Shown here piece after piece: positions 1-9,333 of a DNA stretch of 64,000 nt. The notes beneath the pieces were generated by a model, which saw nothing but the letters and a program-made list of their open reading frames with translations, did not search any database and was not told the DNA's origin. Position 1 is the first letter of the stretch. Each line of letters starts with the position of its first letter. Source of the DNA: Microgenomates group bacterium Gr01-1014_5 (GTDB taxonomy: Bacteria; Patescibacteriota; Microgenomatia; UBA8517; UBA10165). The stretch lies in NCBI GenBank assembly GCA_007376395.1, contig VMGE01000001.1, forward strand, positions 89,635-153,634. The letters are read 5' to 3'. The position numbers and the translations under genes were made by a program.

Positions 1-397
1 TTATCAACGCAAATAAATGCTCTGTGCTTGAATGTACTCCGCCTGTCCCAATTAATCCCAGAAGATGTAGGTTGGAATTATTTTTTTTTGCGTGTTCAAT
101 TGCTGAAATTAGAGTTGTGTTTTTAAAAAAACTTCCGTCAGAAATTGACATGTTGATTCTTAAAAGGTCTTGGTAAACGACACGCCCGGCTCCCAAATTT
201 AAATGTCCGGTTTCAGTATTTCCAACTTCACCTCTCGGCAACCCAACCGCCTCACCTGAAGCCGTAAGAGTGGTGTGCGGATAAGCAGATAAATATGTTT
301 TTAAATTGGGAAGATTTGCCTGACTAATCGCGTTACCAGGAGAAGCGGGAGCTATACCCCAACCGTCAAGAATAATTAATACAACAAAAGGAACCAT
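1..397 (-). CDS. gpmI: 2,3-bisphosphoglycerate-independent phosphoglycerate mutase, N-terminal part (runs off window)
   Basis: Manual translation from ATG at 397: MVPFVVLIILDGWGIAP...GEAVGLPRGEVGNTETGHLNLGAGR...GGVHS; lies downstream of enolase. Confidence 0.95.
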   Translation of the reverse strand, partial: MVPFVVLIILDGWGIAPASPGNAISQANLPNLKTYLSAYPHTTLTASGEAVGLPRGEVGNTETGHLNLGAGRVVYQDLLRINMSISDGSFFKNTTLISAIEHAKKNNSNLHLLGLIGTGGVHSSTEHLFALI

Positions 398-400
398 AAA

Positions 401-481
401 TTCAGATATTCAGACTACCAGATTTCGGATTATCAGATTTTCAGATCTGGATCTCTGGTAATCTGATATCTGGTAATCAGA
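401..481. repeat. Degenerate short-unit (TCAGAT-like) repeat array forming an imperfect inverted repeat
   Basis: TCAGAT/CCAGAT units in the left half, ATCTGA/ATCTGG units in the right half; fills the eno-gpmI spacer. Confidence 0.65.
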
Positions 482-484
482 GGA

Positions 485-1768
485 TTATACTGATTTAGTT
501 TGAGCTAGTTCAGCTTCAACAGTTAGTAGTCTGTTATACTTTGCTGTCCTTTCACCCCGCGCTGGTGCGCCAAATTTTACAAAATCTGCTTTTACCCCAA
601 CTGCAAAATCAGCAATATACCAGTCGTTAGTTTCTCCGGAACGGTGCGAAACTATTACTTTCCATCCGGCTTCACGGGACATGCGGATAACTTCTAGAGT
701 TTCTGTTATCGTACCTATTTGATTAGGTTTGACTAAAATTGCGTTACACGATTTCTGTTCAATTGCTTTTTTTACTCTTTCAGGATTGGTAACGAGTAAA
801 TCATCACCAACAATTAATATTTGTTGACCGTATTTTTCTGTTAGCAGCTTCCAACCTTCCCAGTCTTCTTCCTGTAAAGGATCTTCCAAAAGGGTTAATT
901 TATATTCCTTGGTTATTTCTTCAAAGTAATCTATCAGGTTTGTAGAACTTAGCGAATTTGAACGATCTCTAATGGTGTACGCACCATCTTTAAAAATAAT
1001 ATTTGCCGCCACATCGAGTCCAAGAAAAAAATCAGAACCAATTTGATATTGAGCGTTCCCAATCGCTTCAAGATTAATCGCCAAAGCGTCTGCGTTGGTA
1101 AAAAGATTCGGCGCGTATCCCCCTTCGTCGCCAACTGAATGAATCGCTCCGCGTTTAATTAAAGATTCGCGGATAAGATAATAAATCTCTGTAGCACCGC
1201 GCAATGCCTCGCTGTAAGGTTTGCTGGTTGCAGGAACAACGAAAAATTCCTGGAAATCAAGATTCCCAGCTCCGTGCAATCCCCCATTAATCATGTTGAA
1301 AATAGGTGTGGGGATTTTTGTTCCTAAATTTTCTTTTGCGGCTCCGGCTGTTGTTGCCAACTTAAAAACCCATTGATAAAGAGACATGTTGGAAGCAAGT
1401 GCTCCTGCTTTATTCACAGTCTGCGAAACAGCAAGAACTGCGTTTGCCCCTAACCGGCTTTTATTTTTACTGCCGTCGGTTTCGATTAATTTTTTATCAA
1501 TTTCCGCTTGTTTTACCGGATCCATACCCACTATTGCTGGTCCAAGCACCTGGTTTACGTTATCTACTGCTTTTAGCACACCTTTTCCGGCAAACCTTTT
1601 TTCGTCACCATCTCTCAACTCCAAAGCTTCAAATTTTCCCACAGAAGCGCCTGACGGAATAGAAGAAACAGCAACTTGACCGGTATCAAGCTGGACTACT
1701 GCTTCAATTGTCGGATAAGCACGGCTATCAAGGATTTCGCGTGCCCATATTCGTGATATTTTTGCCAT
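485..1768 (-). CDS. eno: Enolase
   Basis: AREILDSR, PSGAS, GDEGG, VGDDL, SHRSGET motifs; start taken at MAKISR (1768). Confidence 0.98.
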   Translation of the reverse strand: MAKISRIWAREILDSRAYPTIEAVVQLDTGQVAVSSIPSGASVGKFEALELRDGDEKRFAGKGVLKAVDNVNQVLGPAIVGMDPVKQAEIDKKLIETDGSKNKSRLGANAVLAVSQTVNKAGALASNMSLYQWVFKLATTAGAAKENLGTKIPTPIFNMINGGLHGAGNLDFQEFFVVPATSKPYSEALRGATEIYYLIRESLIKRGAIHSVGDEGGYAPNLFTNADALAINLEAIGNAQYQIGSDFFLGLDVAANIIFKDGAYTIRDRSNSLSSTNLIDYFEEITKEYKLTLLEDPLQEEDWEGWKLLTEKYGQQILIVGDDLLVTNPERVKKAIEQKSCNAILVKPNQIGTITETLEVIRMSREAGWKVIVSHRSGETNDWYIADFAVGVKADFVKFGAPARGERTAKYNRLLTVEAELAQTKSV

Positions 1769-1816
1769 GTTTGTATCAAACACAAGGTTCTGTCCGCAGG
1801 ACAGGTTCTTATAATT

Positions 1817-1844
1817 TTTACTTCTTACTTATTACTTGTTACTT
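1817..1844. repeat. Heptamer tandem repeat NTTACTT x4 overlapping the ppsA stop
   Basis: TTTACTT CTTACTT ATTACTT GTTACTT. Confidence 0.7.
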
Positions 1845-4051
1845 TTTTCTGCCTCGTATATTACTTTTTGTACTCTGCCTAAAGAATCAGAACTGACAGA
1901 AATACTGCCAATACCCAAGCCAACTAGCTTCTCAATCAGTGTATCATAGACAGAGGCAGCCGAGCCGCAAATAGAAGTTTCGATTTTGTATTTTTTACAA
2001 GCTTTAACAACCTTTTCTAGAGCCCAGAATACTGCGGGGCTTAATTCGTTATACGCCGCCCTAACGTCATTATTATCCCGGTCTGTACCTAAAAGTAACA
2101 TTGTTAGGTCATTAGATCCAAACGAAACTCCGTCAATTCCTGTTCTTAGAAAATCTTCAATCATAATTACATTAATCGGCAATTCGATCATCATCCATAA
2201 TTTAAAACTGGCTCCGCGGTATAAACCTGCGGCGGCCATAATTCTTTTTACATGCAATAATTCTTCTGGCGAGCGGACATAAGGAATCATCATGTGTAAG
2301 TTTTTGTATTTTTCGCGGACGCTGCGCACGGCGGCAAGTTCAAGTTCAAACACCTCAGGGTCTGCGATGTAGCGGAAAGCGCCTCTAAAACCGAGCATGG
2401 GGTTGTCTTCTTCCGGCTCGTATGTTTTCCCTCCCTGCAAATTTCTATATTCGTTTGATTTAAAATCAGTTGCTCTATAAATTACCGGACGCGGGTTAAA
2501 CGCCAAACAAAACTTTTCAATTCCCTCTTTGAGTTTATCTACATATTCTTTTTGTCTTCCTTGCGCAATAACATGACGCGGATGCACCCCAAACTCAGAA
2601 ATCATAAACTCTGCACGTAATAAACCTATTCCAGCCGAAGGAAGTTTTGCTGCCTCTTTTGCTTCTTCGGGTTCAGCAAGGTTCAGGTAAATTTTAGTGA
2701 CAGTTTTAATTTCCTGATTCGGTTTAATTTCCACTTCCAGCTGCTTTTCTTGTTTTTGTTCAGTTTTCCAAGTACTTTCAGTAACTTCACCGTTATTTCC
2801 GTTGAGTGTAACCACCACGCCATCTTTGAGTTTTCTTGTTGCGTTGTCTACTCCAACAACACATGGTATCCCGAGCTCCCGCGTAATAAGCGCGGCATGA
2901 GAAGTGACTCCGCCTTGGTTTGTTACAACTCCTCCAGCAAGCTTAAAAAATGGTATTAGATCAGGAGTTATTTTTTCAAAAACCAGAATCTCTCCTTTTT
3001 TTACTTTTGACAAATCTTTTCTAGATTTAATAATCCTAACATGACCTTTGACTATTCCTGGACTCGCCCCTTGACCTTTTAGTAAAACAGCTTTTGGCTT
3101 GCGGCTTTCAATTGCCAGCTGGTTGCTGTCTGCCATCTGCTGACTGGTTGTTGTTACCGGGCGTGCATGTAAAATATAAAATTGACCGTGAGAAAAGGCC
3201 CACTCAATATCCTGAGGAAAATAATAGTGGGCATGCACCATTTGTAAAATTTTAGCTAAACTTGTAATCTGGTCGACGGTAAGTTTTTGCTTTTTTTGTT
3301 TGCGTGCTGATACCCTTTTAGTGTGTACTGTGTTGCCTGTAAGCACGAGCTGGTATTTTTGGGGCGAGACAGAAATACTTTCTATTTTTAACGAATGTCT
3401 TTCTACTAAATACTTATCAGGAGAAATTTGACCAGAAGTTAAAAGTTCTCCTTGTCCCCAAACGGCTTCAATAAACACTCTGTGTTTATTTCCGTCAGTT
3501 GGATCAATCGTAAAAGCAACACCCGCAGACTCTGCTTCCACCATCTTTTGCACAATAATCGCCACGCCAGCTCCAGTTGACCAGTATTTTTTAACAGTCT
3601 CCAATAAACTGGCTTCTCCTTGAATATTTAGGGAAGTATTTAAATGCCCAAGCGCGTTGGATTTTGCGCTATCTTGACTAACCAGTGATGGACGGACTGC
3701 GACATGTGCTTGTTTAAAAAGTCCTCCTAGTTTGCCGTATGCTTCTAAAATCTCCTCTTTAAGCTCTTTAGGGAAGTTTGCTTTTTGAATAAGTCTTGAG
3801 AAATTACTTGAGGCAGACTGCGTCTCTTTAATATTTTCTTTGTTTACAGTTTTCGCTATGTCTCTGAGAGTTTTATTTAGGTTATTTTGCTCAATAAAAT
3901 CCTCAAAAGCGCGAGGGCTAATCACAAAGCCTTGAGGAATAGGAAAACCTAATTGCGCCATTTCTGAGAGGCTGACAGCTTTCGGGCCTACTTCCTGAGC
4001 GTTATCACTCTCAATTTCTTCAAATCCAAAAATGTACTTAAGTTTAGACAT
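1832..4051 (-). CDS. ppsA: Phosphoenolpyruvate synthase (pyruvate, water dikinase)-like
   Basis: PQDIEWA, GGVTSHAA phospho-His motif, GIGLLRAEF, NPMLGFRG, GSNDLT; the N-terminal nucleotide-binding motifs look degenerate. Confidence 0.9.
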   Translation of the reverse strand: MSKLKYIFGFEEIESDNAQEVGPKAVSLSEMAQLGFPIPQGFVISPRAFEDFIEQNNLNKTLRDIAKTVNKENIKETQSASSNFSRLIQKANFPKELKEEILEAYGKLGGLFKQAHVAVRPSLVSQDSAKSNALGHLNTSLNIQGEASLLETVKKYWSTGAGVAIIVQKMVEAESAGVAFTIDPTDGNKHRVFIEAVWGQGELLTSGQISPDKYLVERHSLKIESISVSPQKYQLVLTGNTVHTKRVSARKQKKQKLTVDQITSLAKILQMVHAHYYFPQDIEWAFSHGQFYILHARPVTTTSQQMADSNQLAIESRKPKAVLLKGQGASPGIVKGHVRIIKSRKDLSKVKKGEILVFEKITPDLIPFFKLAGGVVTNQGGVTSHAALITRELGIPCVVGVDNATRKLKDGVVVTLNGNNGEVTESTWKTEQKQEKQLEVEIKPNQEIKTVTKIYLNLAEPEEAKEAAKLPSAGIGLLRAEFMISEFGVHPRHVIAQGRQKEYVDKLKEGIEKFCLAFNPRPVIYRATDFKSNEYRNLQGGKTYEPEEDNPMLGFRGAFRYIADPEVFELELAAVRSVREKYKNLHMMIPYVRSPEELLHVKRIMAAAGLYRGASFKLWMMIELPINVIMIEDFLRTGIDGVSFGSNDLTMLLLGTDRDNNDVRAAYNELSPAVFWALEKVVKACKKYKIETSICGSAASVYDTLIEKLVGLGIGSISVSSDSLGRVQKVIYEAEKSNK

Positions 4052-4140
4052 GGGACAGTAGTAATATCATTTTAGGCTAAGCGAATCCAAATTTCTACTA
4101 ATTTGCATCATACATGAGATAGCAGTATATTAGCGGGAGT

Positions 4141-4668
4141 ATGGCCATAGGTCCCAGTAAAGAACAAGATTCACTTTTCTATTTTGAATCAGAAGTTAGC
4201 TCAATGCCCTTTTTTTCAGTAAGAAACAGATTTCTTCAAGCCACAGATGACGCGTATCGACGAGCATGTGCGAGGAGATTAGCACAACTAGTAGAAAATG
4301 ATCGCTACGCGCGTTCTTGGCTGGAGGATTTTACTGGCGGCGCAAGAGCACTGGTAACCGATTCTGAAAGTTTGGTGCTATTACTTGCTCCATACAATAC
4401 AAATGCTTCTCGTCAAGAAATTTCCACCCTTTACAGTTTATTCGCGAGTTATACCCGAAAAGTAGATTCAAAAAAATTAATTGCTATTGCTCAAATGGGA
4501 AGTATTTTTTCAAAATGGCAAGATCACCTACTTCCCGCTCAACGTTTTGAGATTGCAGAGAGGCTAGGGAGGATAGTGCTTTTAAACCAAAAAGAGCTCT
4601 TTGATACTCCTGATATTACTGCTTCCATGCGTGAGGCAACAAGGAAGCTTATGGGTGTAGCCTACTAA
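4141..4668 (+). CDS. Hypothetical protein
   Basis: 175-aa ORF filling the gap between minus-strand genes; no motif recognised. Confidence 0.6.
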   Translation: MAIGPSKEQDSLFYFESEVSSMPFFSVRNRFLQATDDAYRRACARRLAQLVENDRYARSWLEDFTGGARALVTDSESLVLLLAPYNTNASRQEISTLYSLFASYTRKVDSKKLIAIAQMGSIFSKWQDHLLPAQRFEIAERLGRIVLLNQKELFDTPDITASMREATRKLMGVAY

Positions 4669-4772
4669 TTTACTTGGTTTCCGTTCAAAATAATTAACAA
4701 CTAAATTAGCCTCAAAAGGTGAGACCACTTCGGGGCTCAGGGTCTATGACCTGCGAAGCTAATTTTTTACAT

Positions 4773-5759
4773 CTAACCTAATTTTGCTTTGAAGTAGTCG
4801 ACGGTGGAAATACTAATCGTATCTTCGTCATATTCTAAGCCCAGGTAGGCCGTGACCAGACTTGAGAAAAGAAGCGTTTGTATGCTTTGAGTAAATTGAT
4901 CTTCTTGATCAGTGCTCCAACTTAACACTTCCCATCCATTTTTTTCTAATATTTCTTGTGTTATTTTAAATCGCTCTAATATTCTTTCCGGGTAGTGTTT
5001 TCCTAAAAAAATAGCCACAGCTGGAATTTTTGGATGTTTTAAGCCCTCCAGTAAATGGTGATTTGCTTCAGGAAGAGAATAGTATGCAGAAAAAGATTTG
5101 GCAGTTTCATTTAATTGATTGGCAAAGATATGAGCATTTCCTACTAAGTAGTCTGATGCGAAAATAACCGGAAACTTTCCCGTTAATTTTTTAGCAATAT
5201 CTTGTGCATCAGATTTTATTTGCTCAAGATTATCTTCTAAAATATTTATCGCATTTTCCACAACATCTTCTGTGTCGTTCCCGTTAAACAGACCTAAATT
5301 GTGGAAAATTGCAGAGACCCCAAAGATATTATAACCAATTCCCATCCTTGGCTGTTTTGTTGAGTTAAATTTTGGATCGAAAATATAAGCATGAATATTA
5401 TTTGAGTTAAGCCGTTCTGCAAGTTTTCCGCCACTAGTTATTCCAATTATTTTACAACCTTTTTCTATTGCATCTTTTGCGCAAGATAAAACTTCTTCTG
5501 TATTTCCTGAATATGAAGCTAAAACAACTAAAGATTCTTCACTCGCAAAGCTGGGAAGAAAATAATTATTATTAATTACCATTGGAACTTTAACAGAACC
5601 GCTAACTTGAAGTGTGTGTGCTCCAAGCGCTGACCCTCCCATACCGCAAATGACAATATTTTTAATATCCCAATCTTGCGGAAGGTCAACCGTTAAAGCT
5701 TCTCTCCACGCCTGTCTACACTGTTTTGGTAATTCTAATATTGAAGAAATTATGTCCAT
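4773..5759 (-). CDS. Bifunctional phosphoglucose/phosphomannose isomerase (SIS domain)
   Basis: GMGGSA, SYSGNTEE, TSGGKL, QPRMG, QLNETAK, PEANHH motifs. Confidence 0.92.
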   Translation of the reverse strand: MDIISSILELPKQCRQAWREALTVDLPQDWDIKNIVICGMGGSALGAHTLQVSGSVKVPMVINNNYFLPSFASEESLVVLASYSGNTEEVLSCAKDAIEKGCKIIGITSGGKLAERLNSNNIHAYIFDPKFNSTKQPRMGIGYNIFGVSAIFHNLGLFNGNDTEDVVENAINILEDNLEQIKSDAQDIAKKLTGKFPVIFASDYLVGNAHIFANQLNETAKSFSAYYSLPEANHHLLEGLKHPKIPAVAIFLGKHYPERILERFKITQEILEKNGWEVLSWSTDQEDQFTQSIQTLLFSSLVTAYLGLEYDEDTISISTVDYFKAKLG

Positions 5760-5762
5760 TTT

Positions 5763-5819
5763 TATAATCCGATTGGTTCTATAATCCGATTGGTTCTATA
5801 ATCCGATTGGTTCTATAAT
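5763..5819. repeat. Perfect 17-bp tandem repeat x3.3 (TATAATCCGATTGGTTC)
   Basis: Units at 5763, 5780 and 5797, plus a partial TATAAT at 5814. Confidence 0.95.
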
Positions 5820-6586
5820 AACTCTAAAAGTCTGTCAACAACTTCTTCTCCTCCCAAATTAAGTTTGCCTTCGGTGTGATAATGCGCTTCCATGTGTGTG
5901 GGGTCGGTTGTCACCCCAATTCCTGCTATCTTTACCATAGGCGTGTCGTTCGGGTCATTGCCGATTGCCATAGTTTCTTCAATTGTAATTCCTAAACGGT
6001 CGCACAAAAAGCGCAAACCCGAACCTTTGTTAAAACGCCGTAAATAAATGTCATAAGCCTCATTACTCACCCAATTAACAGCAATTTCTTCTTCAGGGTC
6101 GTGCTTTTTAACAATCTCTTCAATTTGCGAGTCTGGTTGGCGACAATGGACACTAATAATAAATTGCTTCGGCTCAAAGCCTTTGATGTTTTCATTTTTA
6201 CGGCTGTATTCAACCAGGTCTGTGCGGATATCTTCGAGTTTTTCTAATTCTTCTTTTGTTAGCGCTGCTTGTTGTAAAATCTCTCCGTTAATTAAAGTAA
6301 GCAATCCGTTTTCTCCCTGTAAGCTGGCGTTTTCCCATAGTACGGGGCTAAACATGTAGTTTAAATAGAGCAGATTACGACCGGAAGAAAAATTAACTTT
6401 AAAGCTCTTTTTAAGTTTTCCTATCTTAACCAGCATTTCCGGTGAAATAACTTTCGACTTAACTGTTAACACCCCGTCTTTTTCCAGTACTTGGGTTCCG
6501 CGCTCAATTGCTACGCCGTCGGCATCAAAGGAGATAAGTTTGATATTTTCTATGTCGCGGGCGATAAGCTGGGAGATAGGTTCCAT
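5813..6586 (-). CDS. HAD-superfamily (subfamily IIB, Cof-like) hydrolase
   Basis: FDADG motif I, SSGR motif II, NKG, GNDPND motif IV. Confidence 0.85.
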   Translation of the reverse strand: MEPISQLIARDIENIKLISFDADGVAIERGTQVLEKDGVLTVKSKVISPEMLVKIGKLKKSFKVNFSSGRNLLYLNYMFSPVLWENASLQGENGLLTLINGEILQQAALTKEELEKLEDIRTDLVEYSRKNENIKGFEPKQFIISVHCRQPDSQIEEIVKKHDPEEEIAVNWVSNEAYDIYLRRFNKGSGLRFLCDRLGITIEETMAIGNDPNDTPMVKIAGIGVTTDPTHMEAHYHTEGKLNLGGEEVVDRLLELL

Positions 6587-6653
6587 AAGTTTATACTATG
6601 CTGGCTACAATAACATGTCAATACAAGACAGCATATAAAATGCGTAGCGTTTT

Positions 6654-7340
6654 CTATAGATAGGCAACCAGAAGATCAAGTGAAGCTTCTAAATTTTCAG
6701 GAAGCTGGGATCTTTTATTTTTACGGTCTAGTTCGAGGAGTTGCTTGTGAATTCTCAATAGTTTGTCCGACGTAAAATTTTTTGCCTGTTTTTCAAGATT
6801 CCGTTTTTGCCAATCTGGTAATTTTAAGTTTTTAGAATCTGTTAGTAAACAGTAGAGAAGTCTTATTTGTCTGGAAAGCATAATTACCAACATATCCGGA
6901 GAGTTTTCTCTCTTAGCCTTTTGTAACAGCCGCAGTGAGTGTTTTGCATTTCCGGGGATAAAAGAGTCTAGAAAATTAAACAGGATTTTAGGAATCTTAA
7001 ACTCCTCTATTTGTAAATATTTTGCTAAAGAACGCGCGGTTTGCGGTGCAAGAGTTTTCGATTCCCAAAAAAGGAAAGCTGTCTGCGGGTTTGGTTTATC
7101 CAGCAATTCTTTAACTAATTGAACTGCCTTTTTATTGTTTGAAAAATAGTTTTCAACTACTAAAAAGTTCCCTGAGCCAAACATTGAAGCAGTACCCGAT
7201 ATAGTATTTAGATCAATTTTATCTTCCGGTCCGTCTAGTCTAACTATTTCCCAGCCCTGTGTTTCTGCCTGAGAGATAAGTAAAGATAATTTTTTTCTTG
7301 ATTCTGGATGGTTTTCGCCGTGCAATAAATAAGAGTTCAT
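6654..7340 (-). CDS. holA: DNA polymerase III delta subunit-like
   Basis: YLLHGE start, SMFG, C-terminal LLELDRKNK...LDLL helix pattern. Confidence 0.75.
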   Translation of the reverse strand: MNSYLLHGENHPESRKKLSLLISQAETQGWEIVRLDGPEDKIDLNTISGTASMFGSGNFLVVENYFSNNKKAVQLVKELLDKPNPQTAFLFWESKTLAPQTARSLAKYLQIEEFKIPKILFNFLDSFIPGNAKHSLRLLQKAKRENSPDMLVIMLSRQIRLLYCLLTDSKNLKLPDWQKRNLEKQAKNFTSDKLLRIHKQLLELDRKNKRSQLPENLEASLDLLVAYL

Positions 7341-7786
7341 TTTGTTTTTTTAGTCCGTAACATATTAACGTAAACTTCCCGCACTACTCTATCATTCACT
7401 CCCCCTTTATGCCGGTGGGGGACAAGTGCACCGGAAAACGATTTGGGTATATGTAAAAGCTCGTGGATTATAACCATTTCCTGCTGTTCAGAAGTGAGTC
7501 TGTCAAACTTTTCCGAGACAGCCTCAATTACATAAGCAGGCTCTATCTTTAGTGCTTGCTGGAAAATTCTTCCCAACCCCCAAATTCTGGCATATGCTCT
7601 AGTTTTTGCTCCAGTTGAAACGTAACAATAAACTCTCTTTGGATTTATATGCGTAAGGTTACAGGAGATTATGAGGTTAGAAATTCTTTTTTCTAGTTCT
7701 ACAGAATCAAGCCATAAAAGCTGTTCTCTTTTTTTAACCCTTCGGACTTTTCGTACTTTAGGAAACCTTAAAAACTTCAGCGCCAT
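7337..7786 (-). CDS. Putative zinc metallopeptidase
   Basis: AYARIWG and VIIHELLHIP (HExxH) motifs. Confidence 0.75.
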   Translation of the reverse strand: MALKFLRFPKVRKVRRVKKREQLLWLDSVELEKRISNLIISCNLTHINPKRVYCYVSTGAKTRAYARIWGLGRIFQQALKIEPAYVIEAVSEKFDRLTSEQQEMVIIHELLHIPKSFSGALVPHRHKGGVNDRVVREVYVNMLRTKKTK

Positions 7787-8012
7787 CTTTTATTTGTTCT
7801 GTTGTCTTTAAGCCGACTTCGTCACCGGATTTAGCTTCTTCAACAGACTCATGTTCCACTTGCATTGACTCAACTTCTTGTTCAAAAAGATCCTCTCCTC
7901 CTCGAACAAAACGGATACGGTCGCCAACTTTCAACGAGCCAGTCAAGGCAAGTACAGCAACCCCTATTTTATCGTAGAAGTGTGTAATTTTACCTACTTT
8001 TGTGTCTGCCAT
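7758..8012 (-). CDS. Small beta-barrel protein, translation elongation factor domain II-like / U32 peptidase C-terminal-like
   Basis: VGKITHFYDKIGVAV...LKVGD...QEVESMQ...A.SGDEVG. Confidence 0.75.
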   Translation of the reverse strand: MADTKVGKITHFYDKIGVAVLALTGSLKVGDRIRFVRGGEDLFEQEVESMQVEHESVEEAKSGDEVGLKTTEQIKDGAEVFKVS

Positions 8013-8044
8013 AATCTTCACCCCCTGTTTACTGAGTTTTTTTG

Positions 8045-8530
8045 TTATTTACATTTTTTAATGTGACACATGGCGATAGCGATAGCATCGGCAACGTTAT
8101 CAAAATGTGTCTTTTTGTTTTTCTCGGCTTCTAACCCAAACGTATCTTTGATTACTTTTTGCATCACTTTTTTATCAGCCCTACCGTGTCCTCCAACTGC
8201 TAATTTTATTTGTCCCGGGGCATATTCAGCAACAGGAACTCCTAAATCGGCTGCAGCTAAAAGTAATACTCCTTGTGCCTGGCTAACCCTAATAACCGTT
8301 TTTTTATTAATAAAGAAAAATATTCTCTCGATGGCAACAACTGTTGGTTTGTGTTTTTTTAAAAGAGCAGAAGTTTGTTTATAAATTTCCACTAAACGAG
8401 AACCAGGGTGACCGTCTTTATCCGTTTCAATGAGTCCGTGTGCTAAGAGTTCGGCAACGCCCTTACCGTTTAACCCAACCAAACCATACCCTGTAGTCGC
8501 CGTTCCCGGATCTATCCCTAATACGAGCAT
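8045..8530 (-). CDS. ruvC: Holliday junction resolvase RuvC
   Basis: VLGIDPG, AIE, ADAIAIA. Confidence 0.97.
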   Translation of the reverse strand: MLVLGIDPGTATTGYGLVGLNGKGVAELLAHGLIETDKDGHPGSRLVEIYKQTSALLKKHKPTVVAIERIFFFINKKTVIRVSQAQGVLLLAAADLGVPVAEYAPGQIKLAVGGHGRADKKVMQKVIKDTFGLEAEKNKKTHFDNVADAIAIAMCHIKKCK

Positions 8531-8554
8531 TATCCCATTCTACCACACGCACTC

Positions 8555-8908
8555 TTAAGTTACATTTTGTATTAACCTTGCCTCTTGTATGCGATTGTTT
8601 GCTACTTCCACTGCCACCACGTCAATCCTGAGAAGGTCTGGAGTGTTTGGGTGTAATAATTTGTAATATTCTCCGGTCTTTGTAATCGATCTTATTTTCC
8701 AATAGTTTACTGCTTCTTCAGGTAACCCGAATTTTCGGTTCCAGCGAGTTTTTACTTCAACAAAAACCAGGGTATCACCGTCTATAGCGACCAAATCGAT
8801 CTCTCCAAATTTGCTGCGGAAATTTCTGTCGATTATTTTATAACCTGCTTTGGTTAGAAGTTTTAGCGCAGTCTGTTCACCAAGCCTGCCTGCTGTAACT
8901 GTGGACAT
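8555..8908 (-). CDS. yraN: YraN (UPF0102) family endonuclease-like protein
   Basis: GEIDLVA, LVFVEVKTR, RIDVVAV. Confidence 0.93.
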   Translation of the reverse strand: MSTVTAGRLGEQTALKLLTKAGYKIIDRNFRSKFGEIDLVAIDGDTLVFVEVKTRWNRKFGLPEEAVNYWKIRSITKTGEYYKLLHPNTPDLLRIDVVAVEVANNRIQEARLIQNVT

Positions 8909-9294
8909 TATTTTTTCTTGGCTTTGCGTTTACTCCGATCCGATCGGAGTTTAGTCTGGGACTGGACTGATTTTTTCTTGGTAATATCCGCCAACTCACG
9001 GGAAGTTTTGGTACGAATATAATAAAGCTTTGCGCGTCTCACTCTGCCTTTTGCACGTACTTCAACTTTTTCGATTAAGGGTGAGGCTAAAGGAAAAATG
9101 CGCTCCACTCCTATCCCGCCAGCTCCAATTCTGCGCACTGTAAAGCTTTTGTTTGGACCAATTCCGCGCACAGCTATAACCATGCCTTCGAAAACTTGGG
9201 TCCTAATCTTTTGGTCTTCTTGGATCTTTTGATAAACGCGGACAAGGTCGCCAATATGAAATTCACTACTGTTATGGGTTGCAAATAATGCCAT
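8908..9294 (-). CDS. rplS: 50S ribosomal protein L19
   Basis: [27 protein letters not shown]. Confidence 0.97.
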   Translation of the reverse strand: MALFATHNSSEFHIGDLVRVYQKIQEDQKIRTQVFEGMVIAVRGIGPNKSFTVRRIGAGGIGVERIFPLASPLIEKVEVRAKGRVRRAKLYYIRTKTSRELADITKKKSVQSQTKLRSDRSKRKAKKK

Positions 9295-9333
9295 TGACAC
9301 TAATTGTACCAAACTGAGGCTGGGTTTAGCAAA

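Noticed and set aside
5763-5819. Mini CRISPR array
   Set aside because: The units are directly tandem with no spacers and are only 17 bp long.
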